In this document: positions 11,601-23,720 of the stretch, piece by piece
Layout of the letters: every line of letters starts with the position of its first letter
Numbering within the stretch: position 1 is the first letter of the stretch
From: Yuukianura sp. NJ FZ-2021
Lineage: Eukaryota
DNA: 64,000 bases
NCBI GenBank assembly: GCA_046563655.1
Contig: CM102290.1
Location: forward strand, 7,812,001 to 7,876,000
Direction of reading: 5' to 3'
The notes under the pieces: generated by a model
Seen by the model: the letters and a program-made list of their open reading frames with translations, nothing else
Database searches by the model: none
Told to the model about the DNA's origin: nothing
Position numbers and translations under genes: made by a program

Positions 11601-14600
11601 ACATGGTTAATTAATTAAAGTATTTCGGCTACGATCTCAGTAACCAAAACACCGAGGACGGGGTGGACGACTTTACACCGACGCAATTTCAACTCAGCAC
11701 GGCTCAGTTTGCAAATTCAAACAATAGCGATTTAAAAATAATTTTTGCGCGCCAAAATAATGCAAATATTTGCAACATTTTGCGAATAAGTGAGGGCGGG
11801 AGATTACAAATGAGAAATTGTGAATTCTTTTTGAATTCCTTTGTGTTTGTTTGTGCTTTTTTTCTCTTTTGTCTCAATTTATCCTCATCTCACTCAATTT
11901 CTCGTTCTCTAATCTCTCGCCAATTTCACTTTCGTCATAATTTTTAAACTTTAAGTAATTCTTTAATCTGAGCCAGCCTGTTGAAATGTGCGTGTATCGT
12001 CCAATCCGTAAGTGTCACTAATGACACTTCATTCAATTACTGGTACTGGGTCCTCATCATCCTGGCAAAATAATAGAATAGGTTGCATAGTGCACAAGCT
12101 TAAGCACAGTGAAGAAACATTAGGAAATGAAATTGTTATTACCTTAGCGTGGGAAACCACGCGTTTCATCTTTTGACAAGACGGTAGGCGGCAATTGGCA
12201 TCTCTACACTGACAAGCATGTACCAGTGATTGTATGCAACGCTGGATTGAAAGCTTACGAGCTTCCTGAGGATTTGACTGTTTCGCGTCGCCAGGCACCG
12301 GGCTAGATCCGTCATCCAAATCAAAACCAAGTTTCACCATACGATGAGGATGACCTTGCTTCTGATAGCACGGGACGCAAAGATCAAAGTCATCACAAAC
12401 ACTGCAGTGGTATCTGAAATAACAACAAAACAGTATGACAGTTGGTATGTAAAATCATAATGAAACCAGTGAGGCAAAAGTCAAATTCTACACGCTTTGA
12501 AAGTAATGTATCAGAATATTATAATGTAGATTCCTTATGAAACTGATGTTACCACTGTTAATGTTTTAAATAAAGTAGTAAGGGTACATACCTTGTTTCA
12601 ACATGCGACTTGCAATTGTTACAAGTGTAAACAAATCTGTCCTGCCCTTGGTTATGAAGTTCAAACAGCATGGCCATGCTGGAGAACTTGGCTCTGCGAA
12701 GAGATGAAAACTCGTAGTGTTTATCGCGTGCCAGAGTGAGAAAGGCATCACGACCATCCATAAGATCACAGGTTTGAACTGGGTCTGGGTCTTGAATAGT
12801 CTGGAGAAATAAATACAGAGAAGATTAAACTTTAGTATGCTGGTTGGGTTATATTAGCTTCCTAGTTAGGTGGTTTTCAATTGTCAACAGTACAAAAGTA
12901 AACTAAAAAGTAATTTGCGAACCCCAAGAGAAGCTGCAGATTGAGCTGAGTGAAGACGAATAACAAAGAAGACCTCTTTGTGCTTCTCCATTGTAGCAAA
13001 TATTTTGGTAGACAAATCGTTTCCAGTCTGAGGTGCATTTGACTTCTTGTTGTTCTTTCTTTGGTTGGATTTATTCTTGTTGGACTTCTTCGACTTCTTC
13101 TGACCTGGCTGTTTCTTTTTGCCGTCTGGAGTACCTTCCTCCACCTCTTCCTAAACATTGATAGTGAAGAACCGTGTAACAATGTAAATTGAATTCAAAT
13201 ATCACCAAGATCATCTCTTACGCTTTCAGTCCAAGGAACAGCAGCGGCAGCGGCTGCTTCGGCAGCGGCTTCCTGACGTCGCTTTTCTTCTTCCTCTTGG
13301 TCAAGTTCCTTGATAGATTCTTCCAGTACGTTAGGCCAAAAATCTCCTTCGAAGTAAGGCAACTCCGCTGCTGAAGACAGGTTGTCCTCCATGGCTTGTT
13401 TCAGAATATCCTATGGAGATGACAAAAACAATGTTAGAATCTAGAATTTGAAAACCTAACAAGGAGTAGAGGAATACGAGGCAGTAGGCAAAGCTTGAAT
13501 AATGTTTGTCTGTGTTCTTACTTTGTAATCGAGTACGATGCGCTCAATTATCCCCTTGTCCAACATTTTCTTATACCATTCTTGTAGTCTCTTTGGTTTT
13601 GGAATCTTTTGTTCGGTAGGATGACAATGGAATATGTAATCGTCTCCTTCAGAAGGCGGACAAGCCCAAATATGAGCCATCGTGTAGCCTAGTTGCTTCA
13701 CATACTCCAGATATCCTAGCAGAATTTCGTGATAAACCGCAGTACGAAACTGTCTAGGTTTAAAGAAGTGGACCGAATCTAAATAAGCAATGTAGACTCG
13801 TCGCGTATTAGGATTTGGACATTCCGATCCATATTCTTGCACATGCATTCCGAAGAAACAGACGTCAGTCCCATCAATTTCTTCAAAGGCAAAGAGTGCC
13901 TTAGCCCTGTCAACAAAGTGTGGTTAACTTAAGCTTTAATGCTAACTACGGATAAGTATTTCAACAGACTTACTTATAAGGAAAGGTTTCGTTGAGATCT
14001 CCGGAATCAACATATCGGTTCTTCATGCCTGGTTTTACTTCTACGATCTTATCCGAAGAAGAAACAACGCGAATGAATACTTCACCGGCTCCAGCCTCTT
14101 TCTTCTTCAGGAAATTATTTACTCGAGTTTCAATGTAAGTTCCCAGCTTCGTTGTAGACAGTCTCTTAGCGTTGAACTTGTTTTCCTTTCTCTTGACATT
14201 CTTAGCTTTCAAGCAATTATCACAAGTAAACCTGAAAAATACAAGTATAATCCTGCTTCATAAGCCGCCATTACAGTGTTTGAAGATATGCGCAAATTCA
14301 ACTTACCCATTAGGCCAAATGCAATCCATATGAAGAACACATATCTGGTGTAGTTTACGACCACAATCATTGCACTCCACAAATGGCTCCAGTTCCAAAT
14401 GATCATTCTTGACTTCCACAAATTGATCTTTCTTGATTGAACTGCAACAGCATATTCATCATAAGTAATCAAAGCTCCCTAACTTTTTCCTACGTTATTT
14501 ATATAGGAAATATAACTTACGCTGAAGGCTGAGCTGGGTCATCGCCCAATGTTACAGTATCGCCTTGAATTTCGTTGAAACATTTTTGACAATAGGTGTA

Positions 14601-17600
14601 CCTGTTCAGAGTGTTAATCAGTCTAAATATGAATTTACGTATCAATTATACCTTGCTCGCTGAATTGGAAGATTAGTTTTTACCTGTTCTGGTAGGAGTA
14701 GTACTTTGCGTCTCGTGGGATCGTGCAAAGTTGCTTCCCGTAACAACAAAGCGTTTGTGGATTAAACGTGTACTTTCTGCCACAACAGTAGCCAAGCGAC
14801 TGCATCACTGGATCAATCTCGGCTTCAAATACTTCGGAAAGCTAAGGCACGACAAAGAATGTAACTTTAACTTGATGTTTATAAGGAAAAGATAACGGAG
14901 GAAAAAGGGTTGGACATACCTTTGTACAATATCGATAAACTCGTGACGTTTTTCTATTATAGAGCCAAGCATTGTCAAACATCAACCACACATCATCGAC
15001 GTATTCCCACGGATCGTTGTACGCTCCACAGTCTAAACGCTTTTTAATTGTTGACAAATCCATTGGTTTTTTGATAATGTCAAAGTAATCCGGAATCCCT
15101 AATGTCTACGAAATTAAAAAGGAAAAAAAATGTCAAACACCAACAAAAAAGAAAGAAACAATAGACTTTCATATCACTGACCTGCGGATCGACAGGCATC
15201 TTGAATGGATGGGACTCTGGGTCCTGTCGGAAGAGTTTGTCCAGAGTTGGATACAACGCTGCTTTTAGCTCCTCTAGGCTGAACACTGCAAATAAATAAG
15301 TTACCGTAAACTTTAAAGAAGCAAGTCATAAAACAGTTAATAATGTAACAAGTTTAAAAACTCCGGTCACATGAACTTACGGCACTTCTTCTTATCTGCG
15401 TTGGAACTTGATGGTGATGCAGCGCTCGAACCGCTCGGATGTTGAGCATGGCTTGTCGATGGTGCTGATGTTGGGGATGACGATCTCTCGGTCTTGACAG
15501 CAGAAGAGGTATCCATGGACTCCGAATTACTCATTGTTGACATCGGGCTAATTGGTTCATCTTTGATTTCCTCTGCAAATGTAAAACAGAAACAAATGTA
15601 GATTAACACTTAATTTCAGACGATCTCATCTTCACTGACATTGGGCATCCCAAAATACTACTCTAGGATTTATTCTGCTGGAGTCTTTAGGATGTTATTT
15701 TTTGAAAAAGTGCAAAATAAATAACCAATCTCCCTTGGTTTCCAAAATTTAAAAAAACGTTGAAATGACACTGGAATTGCGCATGTGTAACCACCTCCGG
15801 CAGACTTAATTGAGCCCTTAATTATTGGTCGTTCCAAGAACCAAGTTCAACGTTTAGCTTTCCGTTAAATATCACGTTTACAAATTCAGAATTTTCACAG
15901 TTATAATTTTTTGTTTAGATAATTAAACTTAAGAGTTACGGCGGAGGTGGATACACGTGCGCAATTCCAGTGTCATTTCAACGTTTTTTTAAATTTTGGA
16001 AACCAAGGGAGATTGGTTATTTATTTTGCAATTTTTCAAAAAATAACATCCTAAAGACTCCAGCAGAATAAATCCTAGAGTAGTACAACTACCAACTTTA
16101 AACGTATGTTTCAGCAGAGAGAAGACCTTTTAGTAGTTTCCTTACCCAACAGCTGATCCAGCCGACGTCTCTTAGTAACCAATCTCGCCGATACTCTGAT
16201 ACCCATTCTAATTCTAACGCTAACCAATCAAGTTACTAATCGTGTCTTTCTAATTGAATCAATTTAACAAATTACAGTACATAACACTACTTCACGCTAA
16301 CAATTACTGCATTTTGTATTCCAATTAACTACTAAACTACATACAAACGAGTTAGACGAACTAAAGACAGTTGAGCTGCTCCGGCCAACAAAAGGAAAAA
16401 GGACTAAACCCGCTACATATTTCAGATCTGTGTTTCTGTGTTCTTCTGTTCTTTGTTTACCACGTTTCCACTACTATCAGCTGTTTACCGTGACAGTTTT
16501 GTTCCTCTCTATCTACACATGCCCATATTCTGTGGCATTTTTACGCTTAATTTGCGTTAAATCACATCGTCTTGAGTCTAGCCTGACGTGACGTTACAAA
16601 TACTGCAGGTAACCTGCTAATCTAATCAACGTCCTGACAGACCACACACATACACATCCATGTTTTGCATAATTGCCATGTGAATCGTTCAATGTTTTCA
16701 CCAATCGCTTGATACCGTTCCCATTCATTCTGGGCTTTAACTGATACAAACGAATGCTTTGAATAATTACAGCATCATTGGGAGGAAAACGCTACGGCAT
16801 TTCAGGAAAATGCTACGGCAAAGGAGAGTAGTGTCTTTGTCAGAACATGGCAACCATGTTAAACTTTAGCATTCAATAATTAGTTAGCAGGTAAGTTAAT
16901 TTGGGTACTTACTCTTCGGTGCAGAGTTCTCAGTTTTGCCAAAGTGGTCATCAGATTCTTCCTTCGGTTCCACCATGTCCCCATCAAAGGCCTCTTGCTT
17001 AATCTCTGTTTCCATTCTATTATCGTATTCTTGGTTCATGTCCGGTTCCGTTTTGACTTCGATCGGTTCCTGTTTCACACCGTGTCCCTCTTGCTTCACA
17101 ATTCCATGGAGCGAATTATCTCCAAGTCCTCCAGCCATGTCAACTGAACCCTGCGGCCCAAGGCTTGACACGGACGAGTCATACTCCCCATTGAACGAAA
17201 GGCGTGGCCCCTGGCTCTGCATCTGCGGAGTTTGCGGTTGCTGCATGTTCGGTATTGGAGGAGTCACGGAGTGTGGCTTCAGCATGTCGTATTGCTGCTG
17301 AACTGGTTGTTGGTTCTGTTGCAGAAGTTGATTTTGAGGTTGAGTGAACATGTTGTGGAATTGTTGTTGACTATTTGAACCCGACTGCAAGTTGTTCGGT
17401 GATGGAAGAGGCTGGCTAATGCCCGAATTGTTATTTTGAGTCATATTCAGTGACGCTGGAGATTGGATAAGCAGTTGGGAAGTTAGATGTGGTGGAGAGT
17501 GAAGCTGAGGTCGATTAAGATTCGGATGCTGATTTCCTTGCCCCGGTAGTGGCATATTACTGTTAGTGAGCATTTGTCGTGGGCCTAGTGCTCCTTGTGA

Positions 17601-20600
17601 CACGGGGTTGTTTGGAATAGATCCTCGAGGTTGAAGGGCTGGTTGTTGCTGTTGTAGACCTTGCTGTAATTGCTGTTGTTGCTGCTCCTTCCGCTTCTGG
17701 CGCTTCTCCTCCAGTTCCTTTTGGATCTTATAGATTTTCTCTGCAAGCAAATGGTAGTACTGCGGACGCGTTTCAGCCATTTCATACATGTCACCCTCCA
17801 CTTTCTTCGCATAGGCAACCAAATTGCACATTCGTCGATCTAGCATGGCGTTCTTGTCCGGAGATGGGAAGATCGCCTGCACCCTGTAACGAACAAACAA
17901 AGTATTTTCATCTAACATCGTATTTCGTATATTACTCCGAAAAACCTACGTGATGACAATTACCCATTCAGTTTGGTACTTACAGTTTATCAACGAGATG
18001 ATTCCTAAGTTCAGAACTAATGGACTGATGCCATTCTTTTGTTCTCTGCACGGGAGTAGCAGTGATTCCAGGGTTTTGATTAGGCGGATGAATTCCACTG
18101 CCATCCAGTCCTAACAAACTGAAGTTAGGATTGTTACCCATTCCCATTGACAGTGGAGAAGAAGCACCGCTTTCAGTCGAATTCTGCTGCATAGGAATCT
18201 GTGGTGGCTGAGGTGATGCCGAAGGTAGTCGTGGAGAAGGAGCCGAAGGCTGGATCGGACCTTGTGAATTTGGAGATGCTTGGACACCAGTTTGACCCCT
18301 AAGACGCTGTTGTTGTTGTTGCGGTTGCTGCTGTTGTTGTTGCATCATTCCGGGTACAGGATTTGGGCCTGGTGCAACATTGCCCATCATTGAATTGTTG
18401 ACATTTCCTGATGGAGGACATGGAATGCCTACAATGCAACAAAGACGCAAAATTACTAATACTACCTACGCCACCATAAACCTGAATTAGAAGTTAGCTT
18501 TTTCGTAAAAGTTCGTTCGCAGTAACTTATGACTCTAGAACACTAGTATTCTTGGGTTTTTCAGCTCAGAAACCTAATTTTAGTCGCGCCTACGGCGCTA
18601 AGTAAAGCTTAAAATTACATTGTGACAGCTTTTCACTCCATAAAAAGAAACTTTTTCCATGTCCCTCAGTTTACATCGCACCAGCTTCGAATATGATGGA
18701 CATATAATCTTCTTTCAAAAAATCATTTTTATCACATGCGATAAAATTCACGTTTTTTTTTTCGGTTCCGCCATTTTTAATCGGCTTCCGAAATCGGTAG
18801 CTGATTCTGAATTCATTCCGTATGCCTCCTTGGAGGCACGACATGATGCACACAAAAGTTGTTGGTGTCGATGAGATGAAAAACTTTTGTATAGGTCATT
18901 TTTTATGTTACCAGGGATAAAACAGGTTGACCTTGACCTTTGACCCGGAATGAGTAGATCTACCGGCATGATATTTAATAGTGAACACCCCCGGGGCACC
19001 CGGTATTCAATAGTGAAAACAGAACCCGGAAATGTTGAACCGTTTCCCAGATAATTGGCGGGAACGAACGGCCAGACAGACGGACAAGGCTTTCGCTACC
19101 ATAAAGTAGCTTTCGCTACTTAATAAAGTTACCGCACATTGATTTGCTAACTTTAAAATTTTTCCCCTGACACTCTTTTTCTTATTGAGTTTAAACGAGA
19201 AAAAAGACGGGACACGGGAGGATTAAATTCGTTAAAATTAGCAAATGAGTGTAGGGTATATTTAAATACAGTTAAAAAATAATTAAATGTTAATTTACAA
19301 ACAAAAAGAAACTCAGGAAAGAAATGCATTCCAGATACTTCCACGTCATTAGATCAGTTCAATTCCGTAAGTGACATTTATATAAGTGACAGTGACAAAG
19401 ACATCAATGTGAATTACATCAGTACTACGGTTCCATGACATTGTTTCAAATGAATTGCTTCTAACGGAAAAGTTTCTAAAATTTACTTCTTAAAAAAATT
19501 ATCCTCTTGTTAGAAACAAACTTATTAGAAACAATTCTCCTTTAGAACCAATTCATTTTAGAACCTATGGCGTGCTTCCAGTACTACAAACATATCAGTA
19601 GTACCTACATCAGAACCATTTACATCAGTGACAATTACATCAGTTGTACAATTACATCAGTATTCAAATACATCGAAAGCATTTACATCAGTACTACAAT
19701 TACATCCACAGCAATTATATAAGTTGGAATTAGACAGTTTCATATAAGCAAATTTCAATGTAAAATTTTAGTTGGTGAAATTCTTTTAGTGAAAATTTTT
19801 TTGACCTTAATACGAACGCAAATCGGAACGTTATAAACAGATCATTGAAGATTGGCTACAAAGTGAAAAAATACATGGTGTTGGATATTTCCGAGGATAT
19901 TTGCTGGATATTCACTTTATCGACATTTCATCCACGGCTGGATATCCGATGGCAGAAATGGACAAAATGAATGAATCCACAACGGTGGAGCTTTCCCCGT
20001 GGGGTTTTAATCGAAAATTTTAAGGGAAAAAAATCGAAATGACTATACAAATAACGACAAACCGTCTCAAACTAACGCCTAATAACAAACTCGTTCCTAC
20101 AAAGCCGGTTTAAGTATTTAAATACGTTACTTGACAATATTTAATTTAAATTCGAGAAATCAGCGCGAAATTTGAATTTCGCGATGAATTCTTAATTTCT
20201 TCCAACCATCGTTCAGTGGTTCATTTGTTCCACTCCATTGGATTTCCAGTGGAAGTGGCAATTGAGTCGCTGGATGTTTAACCATCCAGCAACACTGGCT
20301 AAGTCGTAAGTAGGAGCAGTGTAAGTGCAATGAATCTGTGCATTTTGAATTAGAGACTGATAAATGACAGTTAAATTTACCGAGTGCATCGTATGCCCGA
20401 CGAACATCGGAAGGCGTCGGAGTCGGGTTTGGGCTATGCTGTGACTGTTGGTTAATTGGAATTTGTTGTTGCTGTGGTGCTTGAGAGTTCACGCGATTAC
20501 GGTCCGCTTGCTTCAGTGGGAGACATACTGGACAGTCCAGCCTTGTGCAGTGCTTCCAATGTGAGATAATTTGTCTTGACGAAGAGCAATGCGTCTCGGT

Positions 20601-22882
20601 ACAGTTCTTTCCCGCCTGACAAATTGACATGTGCTGCAATACGTTCTTCATCGTTCGACAATGTGGAAGATGACACTAAAAAACAAAACAGAACGAATGT
20701 AAGTGCCTGTGAGTGTCTAACACTATCGAAGGCACTCATCTAATACTTCAAGCGACGGAAGCTGGCGATGCAGATCGGACTACTGAATAAGGTAAGGAAA
20801 AAATACTTTCGTTCTCGTATTTAAGAGTTAAGTTGAGTTAGTGTCCTATACTGACGACTGCACCTCTGAGAGTGCAAGTTACCGTTGTCCAGTTTTGGAC
20901 ACTTCTAATGGTTACTGCGAAAGTAATGAAAAGTGAAAGATATTTCAAAAATATGATCTAACCTGTCGCTGTTCTCCGTTTGCTGCAGCCGAATCTCGCC
21001 TTTGGCATTTATGCGCATGAAGAAGGAGAACAAGTTGTTGTTGAATTAGTTTTCTTTTCTCGGGATCCGCGTTACCGGGCGCCGAATTTTGAGGTGGCTG
21101 TTGTGGTCCGGCCTGTCCCAGTAGCGGCTGACCTTGGTTTTGATTCACGACTCCGGGTTGAGTGGCAGGGGTTGGCACAAGGTTTGATTGTTGATTTGGA
21201 TTGACAACCCCCGGTTGTCCCATAATTGACACTCCGTTGTTAATATTTACAGAATTGTTGACGTTGACACTATTTATTGGAACGGAGGTGTTCATCATTG
21301 TGTTCGGCATTGATGAGACCACCGTGGAAGGTGCAACGCCTCCAACTCCGAGCGGTGAGGCTTGACTTTGGGGGCCAATTTGCATAGCCGCTGATACTGC
21401 TACATTCGGAGTGTTTTGCCCCATAAATTCATTGTCGGGATATCTTGGAGCTGCTTGCATTGGGACCGGTACTCCAGGTCCGCCCATCGGCTGCAACAAT
21501 CGTTGCATTTGAGGAGAACCACCGGGGTTTCCACCGATGAATGAGTAATTGCCACCAATATTAATGCCCTGATTTAACAAAAGTAGAGACGTTTAGCGTG
21601 AAATTCTCAGTTAAGATTTGGAAGATTCAGAGTTATTAGACTTATTTGTTCCAACCTGGTTCCGCTGCGCAGCCATATTGGGAGCTAAGGAGTTTATTTG
21701 TTGATTTCTTATGCCGCCACGCACCATCATTGGCCCGTTCGTAGTTACTTTACCCATCATCATATTGTTATTCAACACCGATGCCTTGTTCATATGTAGA
21801 TTGTTTTTATTCGGATTCGCACCACCCATCATTACTCCCTGAAATTATTTGAAAGAGGTTTGTTGATCGGTTTTAAACAAACGTTCAATCATGTTCGATT
21901 GACATTAACTAATTGAATTGTTAAAACGTACCTGCATCAACGGAGACTGAGCCGAGGCATCTCCATTCATCTGAAACTTAGCCGCTTGCTGATTCATTTG
22001 GTTTTGAGAGTTAACGATCAGCATATTCTGACTTGTTTGGGCCGAAGATGGATCTAGGTTTGGCCATGTCGAAGTAGATGTAGACGGAAGCAAGTCTAGC
22101 TCATCAGGCAAATGTTTCTCCAGGTCGAAGGCATCGCCCCGAAACGGATCTGGAATTAAAGAAAATACGTTTGAATTAGCGCAAGGATCATCCTCCAATA
22201 AGTCTCTGGTACATACCTGAAACCTTATTGTCAAATCTTAAATTCAACCCACATTTTGTGGGTGTAAGTGTTGTTAAATGAAAGAGCAAAAGACATTTTA
22301 CTAACTAAAAAAAAATCTTAAATTGTTCATATAAATTCATTGTAACAGTTGGGAGTGATAAGTTGCGAATTCAAGCAGTAATGACTTTAACATCGGGTTG
22401 TGTGCAGATTTAGTTATAACGTTATGTTGAGACCATCGATTCAATAAGTTTAAACACACGAAACGTAAGTTTTGTCAAGTGCATTGCCTTGTCAGATACA
22501 AACTCCATTTGGTTCCGATTTATCATTTGAGCTAAACTGAAAAACTAACATCAATATTATAACAAACAGCTGAATTCGTCACCCATTGGTAATAAGTTAC
22601 AATTCGTAACTTACTTGTCTTTGTATCTTATAAAGCCTAATAAGTTAAAGAGTAACCCAATCCATGGTTACTTGTTTTTCAAAACTGAAACATCTGATTG
22701 GTGATTGCAAACAAATGATGGCTCAGTTTAGGTTTAATCGGTAACAAAATACCCGGAAGTCTCCATGGATTGAATACTGATAATTTGTTGCAATAGTACT
22801 CACCTTGACTATCATTTGGTGATGCCAATGGGTCATTCAGCCTCGACCGCTTGTTGGGCGGTCCGTCAAGCTGTTCAGCCAT
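8650..22882 (-). CDS. nej: CREB-binding protein / p300 histone acetyltransferase (nejire ortholog), about 2334 aa
   Basis: 24 exons: 22882-22804, 22149-21932, 21838-21656, 21568-20963, 20675-20381, 18428-17984, 17883-16913, 15572-15381, 15285-15182, 15105-14920, 14841-14684, 14601-14521, 14441-14307, 14231-13974, 13906-13522, 13410-13222, 13150-12923, 12800-12592, 12413-12143, 11528-11286, 10996-10910, 10736-10364, 9845-9489, 9401-8650 (7005 nt, in frame). Domains: TAZ1 ([16 protein letters not shown]), KIX ([20 protein letters not shown]), bromodomain, RING/PHD, HAT ([19 protein letters not shown]), ZZ, TAZ2 and NCBD ([13 protein letters not shown]). Confidence 0.97.
9025..9150 (-). repeat. 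Coding 27-bp tandem repeat, GGNPQMNQ(I/M/L) x4, in the CBP C-terminus
   Basis: Translation reads [39 protein letters not shown]. Confidence 0.85.
11783..11934. repeat. Degenerate inverted repeat (old MITE remnant) in CBP intron 19
   Basis: cgaataagtgagggcgggagattacaaatgagaaattgtga aligns imperfectly with the reverse complement of tcactcaatttctcgttctctaatctctcgccaatttcactttcg. Confidence 0.45.
15656..16085. mobile_element. MITE with ~144-bp terminal inverted repeats, TA-flanked (Tc1/mariner-like), in CBP intron 7
   Basis: 15656-15799 is the reverse complement of 15942-16085 with 3 mismatches. The spacer is 142 bp and TA is present at both ends. Confidence 0.9.
16146..16206 (-). CDS. Candidate internal alternative first coding exon of CBP ([20 protein letters not shown])
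   Basis: ATG at 16206, 20 codons plus 1 nt, donor G/GTAAGG. The phase-1 end matches the exon 8 acceptor at 15572 in frame, and the peptide has an NLS-like KRRRL. Confidence 0.6.
18852..19127 (+). mobile_element. HINE-like element copy in CBP intron 5 (5' boundary uncertain)
   Basis: It shares acaaaagttgtt..tcgatgagatgaa.aacttttgtataggtcatttt and tgaccttgacctttgacccgga with 1-624. It also has a CAGA/CGGA microsatellite, a perfect hairpin AAGTAGC-TTTC-GCTACTT and AATAAA. Confidence 0.75.
19410..19740. repeat. Degenerate minisatellite arrays (acaattacatcagt-like and ttagaaac-like units of about 15-17 bp)
   Basis: About 8 copies of (t)tacatcag(t)-like units at 19414 and 19590-19710, and 4 copies of ttagaa(a/c)c at 19509-19565. 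Confidence 0.65.
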
Positions 22883-23509
22883 TGTAATCTTCATCCAAAC
22901 ACTGAATGATCGTCAAATTGTTCCCAGATGATGAGGAGATCGTCGAAAATACGTCGCATTGTCAACACAGACCGAGTAGACACAAGACCATCATAACGTT
23001 TTGTAAGATTATAAACAAGAGAAACGGCAATTAAAACTTTGATACTTTTGGTAAGGCGTGAATTGTCTATATTACGTTTGTCAGTTTTGAATGACTCGAA
23101 TCCAGTCACTTAATTGTTGGTTAACTTAACGTTCATTGTTGTGTCTTTTTCCGCTCCTGCCTTTAAAAAACTGAGAAGGAACTAGTATGTTCTGTTCACG
23201 AGTATAACACACTCAACCCCACCAACTTTCAATGTATTGCAGTACGCAAAACCTATACACAACTCATTTTTACACAGAGTAGCAAAACCCCTAAAAACAA
23301 AAACCAATTTTAGGACTCAAAATTTTAAATCGACCAAAAAAATTTAATGTCGATTTTTTTTCACTCCAGGTAAAATGACTACTGAAAAATCAAAATTTCG
23401 AAACTGTTCAAACTCTAATTATTATTTTTTGGAAGCGGTGTTCTGCTTTATTAGGAGGCTCTGTTTACTTTAGACCTCTTCCTAAGTTGATTTTACGTTT
23501 TGTACTAAA

Positions 23510-23720
23510 GTTAGAAAAATGGCGTTAAGTCAGAGGCCAATCCAATTGTCATTGGTAGACGCTTTTTCATTGGTTCAACCGATGGATCCACCCTAGATTC
23601 TGTAAGCTCGATGCTCATTGGCTAACCTAATTCACGTGACTATGAAAACCTAACCCACCAGCCGAGTTATGCTTAAGGTGGATTCCTGCCACCGCCTCAC
23701 TAATTTTTTTTTCACGTCAA
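23510..23720 (-). promoter_or_regulatory. Probable CBP proximal promoter
   Basis: It lies about 630-840 bp upstream of the ATG. It has a YY1-like AAAATGGCG, several CCAAT/ATTGG boxes (23537-23620), E-box TCACGTGAC (about 23632) and CRE-like CACGTCA. Confidence 0.5.

Noticed and set aside
16600..16896. Plus-strand donors (CAG/GTAACC near 16608, CAG/GTAAGT near 16890) hinting at an antisense transcript
   Set aside because: Donor motifs alone are insufficient and I identified no partner exon.
19410..19740. Short repeats with variable intervening bases, superficially CRISPR-like
   Set aside because: The units are about 15 bp, degenerate and have no unique 30-bp spacers. They sit in a eukaryotic intron with no cas genes, so this is a minisatellite.
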